DNA of 24,000 nt from Dyella sp. (GCA_036279335.1 DASUJJ010000242.1:10040-34039); one strand, 5' to 3'; numbered from the stretch's first letter, positions 1 to 8,218 are shown. Numbers and translations: made by a program. The notes: a model not told the origin generated them from the sequence alone.

Positions 1-31
1 GGGCGATCAGGGCAATGAGCTCGTGAGCCAT
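1..31 (-). CDS. 5' end (about 10 codons) of an unidentified CDS running off the left edge
   Basis: ATG at 31..29 on the minus strand, with GGGAGG (rc of 37..42) 5 nt upstream. The frame is open to the window edge (MAHELIALIA...). It lies 42 nt downstream of the MFS stop. Too short to identify. Confidence 0.25.
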   Translation of the reverse strand, partial: MAHELIALIA

Positions 32-73
32 GCAGGCCTCCCTGGCGCAGCCGAAGCCGACCGCAGGCGACCA

Positions 74-1324
74 TCATTGGGCCGGGTCAGCGCCTTTGCA
101 ATCGGCCGCCGTCGGCAAACGCGACGCCGCGTGGGCGGTGGTGACTGCGGCATGGCCGATCCGCCGCGCGCCGAGCACCACCAGCGGCAACCACAGCAAG
201 GTAAGCGCCGCGGCACAGGCGAACACGCCGGAGGGACCGAGCCGGCCCAGCGCGATGCCGCCGAGCGCCCCGCCCACGAAAGCGCCCAGGAACTGACTGG
301 TGGAGTAGGCGCCCATCGCCGCGCCGCGCAGTTCCGCCGGCGCCAGCCGCGACACCAGGCTGGGCAGCGCAGCCTCCAGCACGTTGAAGCCGGAAAAGAA
401 CATCGCCGCCGCCACGCCGAGCAGGGCCACATGGTCGCCGCCCAGCGCAAAGCCGAGCAGCGCCACGCCGATCACCACGATGCACACGGTGGCAATGCGC
501 AGGCTCTGCGCGATCTCCTTCATGCGATGCAAGGTGGCACCCATCACGAAGGCCGCAATCACCATCACCGGCAGGTACAGTTCCCAATGGCGGTTCACCG
601 GCAGGTGCAGCGTGTCCACCAGCAGCAGCGGCAGGCCGACGAAACTGGCGGTGAGCAGCAGGTGCAGGAAGAACACCGAACCGTTGAGCACCAGCATGCG
701 GCTGTCGCGCAGCATCCCCAGCACGCTGCCGAAGCTCGATGCCGCCGGCGCCCGCGCCCGCTCGGGCGTGGGCACGATCAGCCACAGCAGGGCGAGCGCG
801 ATCAGGGCGAGGATGGAGGTGGCGGCGAACAGGCCGGGCAAGCCGTTGACCGCCTCCAGCGGCGGGCCGAGGATCAGCGCCAGCAGGAAGGCCATGCCGA
901 TCGACACGCCGATGATGCCCATCACCTTGCCGCGGTTTTCCTCGCGGGTGAGGTCGGCAGCCAGCGCGGTGCCGGCGCCGGCCACCGCGCCCATGCCTTG
1001 CAGCGCCCGGCCGATCACGATGCCCATCAAAGTGTGCGACATCGCGGCCACCATTCCGCCCAGCGCAAACACCGCCAGACCCATGCTGATGGCCGGCTTG
1101 CGCCCGATGCGGTCGGACAGCAGGCCCAGCGGAATCTGCAGGCACATCTGGCCCAGCCCGTACACGCCCAGCGCCAGCCCGATCAGCAGCGGCGTGGAGT
1201 CCGGCAGCGCCTTCGCGTACACCGAAAACACCGGCATGATCAGGAACAGACCAAACAAACGCAGGCTGATCACGCACGCCAGGGTGAGGGCGCTGCGGCG
1301 TTCGAGGGGGGTCAGGGCGCTCAC
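74..1324 (-). CDS. MFS (major facilitator superfamily) transporter, 416 aa, GTG start
   Basis: Hydrophobic multi-TM protein from the ORF track. It carries the MFS motif A between TM2 and TM3 (GLLSDRIGRKP). The C-terminal half has a second set of TM helices. Substrate is not inferable. Confidence 0.85.
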   Translation of the reverse strand: MSALTPLERRSALTLACVISLRLFGLFLIMPVFSVYAKALPDSTPLLIGLALGVYGLGQMCLQIPLGLLSDRIGRKPAISMGLAVFALGGMVAAMSHTLMGIVIGRALQGMGAVAGAGTALAADLTREENRGKVMGIIGVSIGMAFLLALILGPPLEAVNGLPGLFAATSILALIALALLWLIVPTPERARAPAASSFGSVLGMLRDSRMLVLNGSVFFLHLLLTASFVGLPLLLVDTLHLPVNRHWELYLPVMVIAAFVMGATLHRMKEIAQSLRIATVCIVVIGVALLGFALGGDHVALLGVAAAMFFSGFNVLEAALPSLVSRLAPAELRGAAMGAYSTSQFLGAFVGGALGGIALGRLGPSGVFACAAALTLLWLPLVVLGARRIGHAAVTTAHAASRLPTAADCKGADPAQ

Positions 1325-1356
1325 GGCGCGCAGGGGCAGGTGCAGGGCATTCTGCG

Positions 1357-1362
1357 ATTATA
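1357..1362 (-). promoter_or_regulatory. candidate -10 box (TATAAT on minus strand) for the MFS gene
   Basis: attata at 1357..1362 is TATAAT on the minus strand, about 33 nt upstream of the GTG start at 1324. No good -35 was seen. Confidence 0.3.
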
Positions 1363-1427
1363 CGGAGCGCGTCACACCAGCCGTTGCGGCGGCGTGTCGC
1401 GTAACGCGCCCGCTCGCGCGCAAACCC

Positions 1428-1433
1428 TATAAT
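1428..1433 (+). promoter_or_regulatory. candidate -10 box (TATAAT) for ispB
   Basis: Perfect TATAAT at 1428..1433 in the 135-bp divergent spacer, 27 nt upstream of the ispB ATG. The -35 is weak. Confidence 0.35.
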
Positions 1434-1459
1434 CAAGCGTTAGCCGACTTTCCCCCTGC

Positions 1460-2464
1460 ATGAAGACCCCGATGTCTGCCGACGCCCTCAGCCCTGACGA
1501 CTTCACCCGCGTGCGCGAGCTGGCCGCCGGCGACATGGCGCGGGTCGATGCGCTGATCCGCGGCCGGCTCGCCTCCGACGTGGTGCTGATCGACCAGATC
1601 GCCGGGCACATCATCGCCAGCGGCGGCAAGCGCCTGCGCCCGATGCTGCACGTGCTGGCCGCCGGTGCGGCGGGCTATGCCGGCGATCAGCACATCAAGC
1701 TGGCGGCGATCGTGGAGTTCATCCACACCTCCACCCTGCTGCACGACGACGTGGTGGACGAATCCGACCTGCGCCGCGGCCGCAAGACCGCCAACGCGCT
1801 GTGGGGCAACGCCGCCAGCGTGCTGGTGGGCGACTTCCTCTACTCGCGCTCGTTCCAGCTGATGGTCGAGCTGGACGACATGCGCATCATGCGCATCCTC
1901 GCCGACACCACCAACACCATCGCCCAGGGCGAGGTGCTGCAGCTGCTCAACATCGGCAACGCCGACGTGGACGAAGCGGCCTACCTCGCCGTGATCGAGC
2001 GCAAGACCGCCGTGCTGTTCGCCGCCGCCACCGAGCTGGGCGGCATCCTCGGCGGCCTGCCCGATGCCCAGGTGGCCGCGCTGCGTACCTATGGCATGGA
2101 GCTGGGCTACGCGTTCCAGATCGCCGACGATCTGCTGGACTACGTCAGCGACGCCGACACGCTGGGCAAGAACATCGGCGACGACCTCGCCGAAGGCAAA
2201 CCCACCCTGCCGCTGATCTATGCCCTGCAGCGCGCCAGCGAAGAGCAGCGCCGTTCGCTGCGCCACGCCATCGAGCACGGCGGGCTGGATTCGCTGGACC
2301 GCATTGTCGCTTCGATCCGCGACTCCGGCGCGCTGCAGCGCACGCGCGAACGCGCCGAACACCACGCCCGCGCGGCCCGCACCGCGCTGGACGCGCTGCC
2401 GCCCTCCGCACACCGCGACGCCCTGCGGGCACTGGCCGACTACTCGATCGCGCGCAGCCACTGA
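1460..2464 (+). CDS. ispB: octaprenyl-diphosphate synthase (trans-polyprenyl diphosphate synthase)
   Basis: 334 aa. Both aspartate-rich motifs are present (LLHDDVVDESDLRRG and FQIADDLLDY), plus GKRLRP. It looks colinear with my recollection of E. coli IspB. An alternative start is the ATG at 1472. Confidence 0.93.
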   Translation: MKTPMSADALSPDDFTRVRELAAGDMARVDALIRGRLASDVVLIDQIAGHIIASGGKRLRPMLHVLAAGAAGYAGDQHIKLAAIVEFIHTSTLLHDDVVDESDLRRGRKTANALWGNAASVLVGDFLYSRSFQLMVELDDMRIMRILADTTNTIAQGEVLQLLNIGNADVDEAAYLAVIERKTAVLFAAATELGGILGGLPDAQVAALRTYGMELGYAFQIADDLLDYVSDADTLGKNIGDDLAEGKPTLPLIYALQRASEEQRRSLRHAIEHGGLDSLDRIVASIRDSGALQRTRERAEHHARAARTALDALPPSAHRDALRALADYSIARSH

Positions 2465-2543
2465 CTGGCTTGTCAGGGGAAGCCGGGCCTCGCTCCGCAC
2501 GGAACGGCTGCCGAAGTGTCTATCGCCTATCGGATCCTGCGAA

Positions 2544-3332
2544 TCAGTAGGTGCCGGCGAAAGCGTGATCCAGCCAGTCGTGCATCAGCCGGTAGCTGCG
2601 CGCGGCGGCGCGTGGGTCGTACATGCAGCCGGGGCTGTGCTGGTCGGTCTCGGTGAAGCAGTGCACGGCGTGACCGAGCACCACGAACTGCCAGTCGGCG
2701 GGGCTGGCGCGCATCTCGTCCATGAAGGCGGGAGCGTCCGGCATGGTGCCCTTGTCGTCGGCGCCGTTCATCACCAGCACGCGCGCCTTGATCTGTTTGG
2801 CCAGCGCGGGATCGTCGGTGGCGAGGCCGCCATGGAAGGAGACCACCGCAGCGACATCCGCGCCGCTGCGCGCCAGATCGAGCACCGCGGTGCCGCCGAA
2901 GCAAAATCCGATCGCGGCCAGATGCGCGACGTCGATCGGCGCGGCCGTGGCCTGCGCCTTGAGCTGCGCGAGCGCGGTATTCATGCGCTGGCGCAGCAGC
3001 GGGCGGTTGCCGTACAGCGGCTTGGTGGCGGCCTGCGCCTGCGCGTTGTTGGCCGGACGCACGCCCTCGCCGTACAGGTCGGTGAGCAGAATCACGTACT
3101 GCGTGCCGGCGACCATCTCGGCCTTCTTCACCGCGTTGTCGTTCACGCCGTACCAGTTCGGCACCATCACCAGGCCGGGGCGTTTGGCCGTCACGGCATC
3201 GTCGTAAACCAGCACGCTGCGGAAGGTGGTGCCGTCCTGGGTCCAGACGACGGGCTTGTGCACCATCGCGGCGTGGGCAGCGAACGAACCGAGCGAGAGC
3301 AACAGCAGCGAGGTCAGGCGTAGCAGGCGCAT
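2544..3332 (-). CDS. dienelactone hydrolase family protein with N-terminal signal peptide
   Basis: I chose the internal ATG at 3332 (MRLLRLTSLLLLSLGSFAAHA, signal-peptide-like) with GGAG about 9 nt upstream; the 310-aa ORF start upstream has no such support. DLH-type nucleophile motif GFCFGG is present, with a downstream His (LGHAVHCF). Confidence 0.82.
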   Translation of the reverse strand: MRLLRLTSLLLLSLGSFAAHAAMVHKPVVWTQDGTTFRSVLVYDDAVTAKRPGLVMVPNWYGVNDNAVKKAEMVAGTQYVILLTDLYGEGVRPANNAQAQAATKPLYGNRPLLRQRMNTALAQLKAQATAAPIDVAHLAAIGFCFGGTAVLDLARSGADVAAVVSFHGGLATDDPALAKQIKARVLVMNGADDKGTMPDAPAFMDEMRASPADWQFVVLGHAVHCFTETDQHSPGCMYDPRAAARSYRLMHDWLDHAFAGTY

Positions 3333-3366
3333 GGCGCGGAACTCCGGGTGCGTGGGACGGAAGGAT

Positions 3367-4584
3367 TCAGCGGCCGGCGGCGTGTCCGCCAACCAGCTGC
3401 TTGAGCGGAGCAAGCCGATCGAGCAGGCGCACCCCCAGCCCGCGCGCGGCGACCAGCGGGGGCGCCTGCCAGGCATAGATGCGCGCCAGCGCGTCGAAGC
3501 CGAGCGCGTCCAGCGTATCGGCGCTGCGGCGGCGACGCGCGTAGCGGCGCAGCACGTGCGCGGCGGCGAGGTCGCGTCCGGCGGCCCGCGCGTCGACCAG
3601 CGTGTCGCGCAGCTCGATCACGTCACGCAGGCCCAGGTTGCCCCCCTGGCCGGCCAGCGGATGCACCGCGTGCGCGGCGTCGCCCAGCAGCACGAAACGC
3701 GCGGCGTCGTAGCGTTCGGCCAACTTCAGTTGCAGCGGGAAAGCCGCGCGCGCGCTGGTGCCGGTGATGCGGCCAAGGCGAAAGTCGCTGGCCACGCCGA
3801 CCGCGTCGCAGAACGCCGCGTCGTCCAGCGCCAGCACGCGCGCGGCCTCGTCCTCGGGCAGCGACCACACGATCGAGCAGCGCCCGTCGGCCAACGGCAG
3901 CAGGGCCAGCGGACCGGTCGGCAGGAAGCGCTGCCAGGCGGTGTTCGCGTGGGGCTGCTCGGTGCGCACGTGCGCGACCACGCCGCGCTGGCCGTAGTCG
4001 CGGCCGCGCGTGCCGATGCCGGCCATTGCGCGCAGCGGCGAGGCGGCGCCGTCGGCGGCGACCAGCAGGCGCGCGGCCAGCGACTGGCCGTCCGCCAGCG
4101 TGACCTCGATGCGATCTTCGCGCGCCTCGAAACCCGCCACCTCGCCCGGGCAGCGGCGCTGCACGCCGGCCGCGTCGAGTGCTTGCCACAGCGTGGACTG
4201 CACGAGGCTGTTCTCCACAATGCAGCCCAGCTCGGTCTGGCCGCTGCCGGCGGTGTCGAAATCGATCGCGGCACCGCTGCCGGCATCCCACACGTGCATG
4301 TGCGCGTAGGGCCCGACGCGCGCCTGGCGTATGGACGTCCACACGCCCAGATCATCCAGCAGGCCGATCGAGGATGGCGCCAGGCCGACCACGCGCAGAT
4401 CCACCTCGTCTTCCACGCGCCACGGCGGCGGCTCGCGCGCCTCGATCAGCGCGGTGGCGAAGCCGGCGCGGGCCAGCGCCAGCGCTGCGGCGGCGCCGAC
4501 TATGCCGCCGCCGACGATGGCAACGTCGAGCTCGGGGCCGCGCCGGCGACCGGCGCTATCGCGCGAGCTGAGGGGACGGTTCAT
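3367..4584 (-). CDS. UbiH/UbiF/VisC(UbiI)/COQ6-family FAD-dependent ubiquinone-biosynthesis hydroxylase (UbiI/VisC-like by position)
   Basis: 405 aa. N-terminal Rossmann fingerprint DVAIVGGGIVGAAAALALA and the family motif GDAAHAVHPLAGQGGNLGLRDV. Its start codon overlaps the stop of the upstream paralogue (ATGA at 4581..4584). Confidence 0.85.
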   Translation of the reverse strand: MNRPLSSRDSAGRRRGPELDVAIVGGGIVGAAAALALARAGFATALIEAREPPPWRVEDEVDLRVVGLAPSSIGLLDDLGVWTSIRQARVGPYAHMHVWDAGSGAAIDFDTAGSGQTELGCIVENSLVQSTLWQALDAAGVQRRCPGEVAGFEAREDRIEVTLADGQSLAARLLVAADGAASPLRAMAGIGTRGRDYGQRGVVAHVRTEQPHANTAWQRFLPTGPLALLPLADGRCSIVWSLPEDEAARVLALDDAAFCDAVGVASDFRLGRITGTSARAAFPLQLKLAERYDAARFVLLGDAAHAVHPLAGQGGNLGLRDVIELRDTLVDARAAGRDLAAAHVLRRYARRRRSADTLDALGFDALARIYAWQAPPLVAARGLGVRLLDRLAPLKQLVGGHAAGR

Positions 4585-5804
4585 GGCAGGGTCTCCAGCA
4601 CCGCACGCGGCGGCTCGCCGCGGAATCCCATGCCGCGCCGCGCCAGCATCTGCTGCAGCGGCGGCACGCGGTCGTAGGCCAGCAGCGCCAGCGAACGGAA
4701 TGGCGCCAACAGCGGCTGCCGCAGACAGGCCAGCTGCACCAGCCCGTGGCTCATCGTCATGGTGCCCTCGCGATCGGGCGCGCGCCGGGCCGCATAGGCA
4801 TCGAGCAGGGCCGGCGCGCCGGGATCGGCCGCGGCGGCGATCAGCTCGGCCAGCGTGAGCGCATCGCGCAGGCCGAGGTTGAAGCCCTGCGCGCCGATCG
4901 GATGCACGGTCTGCGCGGCGTTGCCGACCAGGACGGCGCGGGGGCCGATCAGGCGCGTCGCCGCCAGCCGGCGGATGGGATAGGCCTGGCGCCGCCCCGG
5001 TCGGGCGAGCCGACCCAGCTTCCAGCCGAAACGCTGCTGCGCCAGCGCGGCGTAGGCCGCGTCATCGAGCGCAGCCACCGCATCGGCCTCGTGCGCCGGC
5101 ACCGTCAGCACCAGGCCACAGCGGCGTTCGGCCAGCGGCAGCAGGGCAATCGGGCCGTCGTCGCTGAAGCGCTCGAACGCGCGCCCGGCCGGATCGCGCT
5201 CTGGCGTGATGGTGCAGACGAACAGCGTCTGGCCATAGTCGTGACGCTCGGCGGCGATGCCCAGCCGTTCGCGCACGAAGGATTCGGTGCCGTCGGCACC
5301 CACCACCAGCGCGGCCTGCAGCGTGCGTTCGCCATCGGCTGTACGCACGCCGGCGTGCCAACCGCCGTCCACCGGCTCCAGCGCGGACAGCGTGGCCGGC
5401 GCCAGCCGCGTGAGGTGGCGGCACTCCTCAAGCCGCCGTGCCAGCGCCGCACCCAATTCGCGCGCGGGCAGCGTCCAGCCCAGCGCTTCGACGCCGTGGC
5501 GCGAAGCGTCGAGCCGCGCACTGCCGAACTCGCCGGCGCGGTTGACGTGGATGTGGGTGATGGCCGTGGCGCGCGACGCCACATGCGGCCACACCCCGAT
5601 CGCCTTCAGCCCGTTGACGCTGGCGCGGGCCAGCGCGAGGTTGCGCTCGTCGTAGCTGGGCTCGGCGTGGGCCGGCGGCGGCGCCGCGTCGACCAGGGTG
5701 GCGGGCACGCCGGCGGCGTCCAGCGCGATCGCCAGGCTGGCGCCGACCAGGCCGCCGCCGACGATGAGCACGCCGCCCGCAGCGGCAGGGTGAGATGCGT
5801 TCAT
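4581..5804 (-). CDS. ubiH: UbiH-family FAD-dependent hydroxylase (2-octaprenyl-6-methoxyphenol hydroxylase-like)
   Basis: This is the real part of the 884-aa ORF. Start at MNASHPAAAGGVLIVGGGLVGASLAIAL (ATG 5804; alternative ATG 5813). Family motif GNAAQTVHPIGAQGFNLGLRDA. It sits upstream of its paralogue, as in the E. coli ubiH-visC order. The symbol is assigned by position only. Confidence 0.75.
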   Translation of the reverse strand: MNASHPAAAGGVLIVGGGLVGASLAIALDAAGVPATLVDAAPPPAHAEPSYDERNLALARASVNGLKAIGVWPHVASRATAITHIHVNRAGEFGSARLDASRHGVEALGWTLPARELGAALARRLEECRHLTRLAPATLSALEPVDGGWHAGVRTADGERTLQAALVVGADGTESFVRERLGIAAERHDYGQTLFVCTITPERDPAGRAFERFSDDGPIALLPLAERRCGLVLTVPAHEADAVAALDDAAYAALAQQRFGWKLGRLARPGRRQAYPIRRLAATRLIGPRAVLVGNAAQTVHPIGAQGFNLGLRDALTLAELIAAAADPGAPALLDAYAARRAPDREGTMTMSHGLVQLACLRQPLLAPFRSLALLAYDRVPPLQQMLARRGMGFRGEPPRAVLETLP

Positions 5805-5929
5805 CGCCCGCATGATACGCGCGGGCAGCGGCGGCGCTGCAGCGACGGGGCGACGCAGCCGGGCGGATCGCCTGGCGCCGGATGGCCGGTCGGCTGCCTT
5901 GCCAACGGTGGTGGTCGCGTCGAACGTGC

Positions 5930-6056
5930 GGCCGGGCGGGAACGGAGGGCTGACGCTCCGCCGATCCACGGTGGTTGCCGCGGCCGCGAGCCCCGGGAAG
6001 CCGGGCCGTGCGGACGGATTCGCGGGCCAGCCGACCAAAGCCCGACGGACTGCTAG
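5930..6056 (+). promoter_or_regulatory. candidate (divergent) cobalamin riboswitch in the leader of the membrane-protein/adenosyltransferase operon
   Basis: Elements seen in the expected order: GGGAA (5938..5942), GCTGACGC...CGGT (5949..5972), CCACGG...CCGGGAAGCC (5966..6002), and a B12-box-like AAGCCCGACGGACTGC (6038..6053). The last matches most of the recalled consensus rAGYCMGgAgaCCkGCcd, with two mismatches at conserved positions. The canonical GGTG..CC P4 hairpin and the CCCGCAAC element are not evident. Not verifiable without a covariance model. Confidence 0.3.
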
Positions 6057-6095
6057 ACTAGTAGGACGTTTTCTGCCGCTTTTGATGGAGCATCC

Positions 6096-6689
6096 ATGGC
6101 CATGACGCAGTACCAACGCCTCGGCATTTTCAGCGTGCTCGCCCTGGTGATGGCCGCCACCCGCCTGCACCACTTCGACGCGATCCCCGATGCGTCGTGG
6201 GGCGTGTTCTTCCTCGCCGGCTTCTGGCTGCGCGGCTCGGCGCGCTGGGCGTTTGCGCTGCTGATGGCCGAGGCGGTGCTGGTCGATTTCTTCGCCATCA
6301 CCAGCCAGGGGCTGAGTTTCTGGAGCCACTACTGCGTCTCGCCGGGCTACTGGTTCCTGCTGCCGTCGTATTTCGCGCTGTGGACGGGCGGCAGCTGGCT
6401 GGCCCGCCACCAGGCCGGCCTGCGTCCGGCCACGCTCGGCCTGGCGGCGATCGCGCTGCTGGTGAGCGAGAGCGCCTGTTACTTGCTGTCCAACGCCAGC
6501 TTCTACTGGCTGTCGCCGACCACCGCCGCCGCGCGCAGCCTCGATGGCTGGCTGGCGAATCTCGGCGACTGGTACCTGCCGTTCCTCGGCACCACCGCGC
6601 TCTACGTGGGCATCGGTGCGGTGCTGCACGTGATCGGCGTGCTGCTGGCGCGCACCGCTACGCCATCGCAGCCGAAGCTTGCGGGCTGA
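6096..6689 (+). CDS. small six-TM membrane protein, ECF-S-component-like; tentatively a BtuM-like (or DUF6580-like) cobalamin transporter
   Basis: 197 aa with about six hydrophobic helices. GGAG sits 5 nt upstream of the ATG. Only two Cys are present (C80 in SHYCVSPGYW, C128). The stop is 6 nt before the adenosyltransferase start. The functional call rests on size, topology and context, and on my recollection of BtuM using a conserved Cys as cobalt ligand. Confidence 0.55.
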   Translation: MAMTQYQRLGIFSVLALVMAATRLHHFDAIPDASWGVFFLAGFWLRGSARWAFALLMAEAVLVDFFAITSQGLSFWSHYCVSPGYWFLLPSYFALWTGGSWLARHQAGLRPATLGLAAIALLVSESACYLLSNASFYWLSPTTAAARSLDGWLANLGDWYLPFLGTTALYVGIGAVLHVIGVLLARTATPSQPKLAG

Positions 6690-6695
6690 TCGCCG

Positions 6696-7271
6696 ATGGG
6701 CAACCGCCTCTCGAAGATCTACACGCGCACCGGTGACGACGGCTCCACCGGGCTGGGCGACGGCTCGCGCGTGCCCAAGGACTCGCCGCGCGTGGCGGCC
6801 TACGGCACCGTGGACGAGCTCAACAGCACGATCGGCATGGTGCTGTCCTGCGAGTCCCTGCCAGATGACGTGCGCGAGACCCTGACCCAGGTGCAGCACG
6901 AGCTGTTCGACCTGGGTGGCGAGCTGTGCATCCCCGGCATGGCGATGATCGAGGAAAGCGACATCGCCCGGCTGGAACAGGTGCTCGACCACTACAACGA
7001 TCCGCTGCCGCCGCTGAAGGATTTCATCCTGCCCGGCGGCGGCATGGCCGCGGCCACCTGTCACCTGGCCCGCACCGTGTGCCGCCGCGCCGAGCGCGAG
7101 GTGGTGGCGCTGGGTCGCGAAGAGAAAGTGCGTCCGCAGGCGCCGCGTTATCTCAACCGGCTGTCCGACCTGCTGTTCGTGCTGTGCCGCGTGCTGGCCC
7201 GCGCCAGCGGCCATGGCGAGGTGCTGTGGCAGCACGAGCGCCGCCGCAAGCCGGCGCCCGCCGCGGACTGA
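6696..7271 (+). CDS. PduO-type ATP:cob(I)alamin (cob(I)yrinic acid a,c-diamide) adenosyltransferase
   Basis: 191 aa. Diagnostic N-terminus KIYTRTGDDGSTGL and TVDELNS, plus a helical-bundle C-terminal part (RTVCRRAER, YLNRLSD). Confidence 0.92.
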   Translation: MGNRLSKIYTRTGDDGSTGLGDGSRVPKDSPRVAAYGTVDELNSTIGMVLSCESLPDDVRETLTQVQHELFDLGGELCIPGMAMIEESDIARLEQVLDHYNDPLPPLKDFILPGGGMAAATCHLARTVCRRAEREVVALGREEKVRPQAPRYLNRLSDLLFVLCRVLARASGHGEVLWQHERRRKPAPAAD

Positions 7272-7279
7272 TCGACCTC

Positions 7280-8200
7280 ATGCTGCGCCTGTATACGCAC
7301 GAAAGCTGCCTGCGCCACGACCCGGGCCCCGGCCATGCCGAGTCGCCGCTGCGGCTGAAGGCCGTGCTGCAGGCGCTGGATGCTGATCGCTTTGCCGCAG
7401 TCGATCGGGTGGAAGCGCCGCGTGCGACGCGCGAACAGCTGCTGCGCGTACACGACGCCGCGCACATCGATCGCGTGCTCGGCAGCGCGCCGGCCGAAGG
7501 TCGCGCGCAGCTCGATCCCGATACCTGGATGTCGCCCGGCTCCGACGAGGCCGGCCTGCGCGCCGCCGGTGCGGCCTGCGCCGCCGTGGATGCCGTGCTG
7601 GCGGGCCAGGGCACCCGCGCGTTCTGCGCCGTGCGCCCGCCCGGGCACCACGCCACGCCGAGCGAGGCGATGGGCTTCTGCCTGTTCAACTCGATCGCCA
7701 CGGCCGCTGCCCACGCCATGGCCGCGCACGGTCTCAAGCGCATCGTCATCGCCGATTTCGACGTGCACCACGGCAACGGCACGCAGGACATCTTCGCCAG
7801 CGATCCGCGCGTGCTGTTCGTCTCCAGCCACCAGTCGCCGCTGTATCCGGAAACCGGCTTCGCACACGAGCGCGGCGTGGGCAACATCGTCAACGCGCCG
7901 CTGCCGCCCGGTTCCGGCTCGGGGGAATTTCGCGAGACCTGGCACAGCGAGCTGCTGCCGCGCATGCATGCGTTCAAGCCGCAGCTGGTGCTGGTCTCGG
8001 CCGGCTTCGACGCGCATCGCGACGACCCGCTGGCCGACCTGCGCCTGGGCGTCGAGGACTACGCGTGGATCACCCATCAGCTGGTCGATCTGGCGCGCGC
8101 CCACGCCGGCGGGCGGCTGGTATCCAGCCTCGAGGGCGGTTACGACCTGCGCGCACTGGCCGCCAGCGCGGCGGCCCACGTCGAAGCCCTGCTCGACTGA
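7280..8200 (+). CDS. histone deacetylase (HDAC/AcuC/acetylpolyamine amidohydrolase) family Zn-dependent deacylase
   Basis: Start chosen at MLRLYTHESCLRHDPG (ATG 7280, 8 nt after the upstream stop). All catalytic motifs are present: RPPGHHA (His-His), DFDVHHGNGTQ (Asp/His Zn ligands), GFDAHRDDPL (Asp ligand) and EGGY (catalytic Tyr). Confidence 0.9.
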   Translation: MLRLYTHESCLRHDPGPGHAESPLRLKAVLQALDADRFAAVDRVEAPRATREQLLRVHDAAHIDRVLGSAPAEGRAQLDPDTWMSPGSDEAGLRAAGAACAAVDAVLAGQGTRAFCAVRPPGHHATPSEAMGFCLFNSIATAAAHAMAAHGLKRIVIADFDVHHGNGTQDIFASDPRVLFVSSHQSPLYPETGFAHERGVGNIVNAPLPPGSGSGEFRETWHSELLPRMHAFKPQLVLVSAGFDAHRDDPLADLRLGVEDYAWITHQLVDLARAHAGGRLVSSLEGGYDLRALAASAAAHVEALLD

Positions 8201-8218
8201 CGCGCGACGCCAGCGGCT

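Noticed and set aside
23-1436. Long ORFs overlapping the MFS gene: 469 aa on + (23..1432), 449 aa on - in another frame (87..1436), and 359 aa on + (384..1463).
   Set aside because: Their translations are Arg/Ala/Gly/His/Gln-rich low-complexity strings with no motifs (for example HHHRQ, RRRR runs). Stop codons are rare in off-frames of GC-rich DNA. The 74..1324 minus frame gives a textbook MFS protein.
5889-6036. 9-bp long-range complementarity, GGTCGGCTG (5889..5897) with CAGCCGACC (6028..6036), as a possible P1 helix enclosing the candidate riboswitch.
   Set aside because: By rough estimate, a 9-bp GC-rich match within about 290 nt is expected by chance about once in DNA of this composition. 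It is not extendable on either side. I did not use it as evidence.
4581-7235. 884-aa minus-strand ORF spanning ubiH, the leader, and the membrane-protein and adenosyltransferase genes.
   Set aside because: Only the C-terminal 407 aa (from MNASHP..., 5804) look like a real protein (UbiH family). The N-terminal 470 aa are low-complexity antisense read-through of clearly coding + strand genes.
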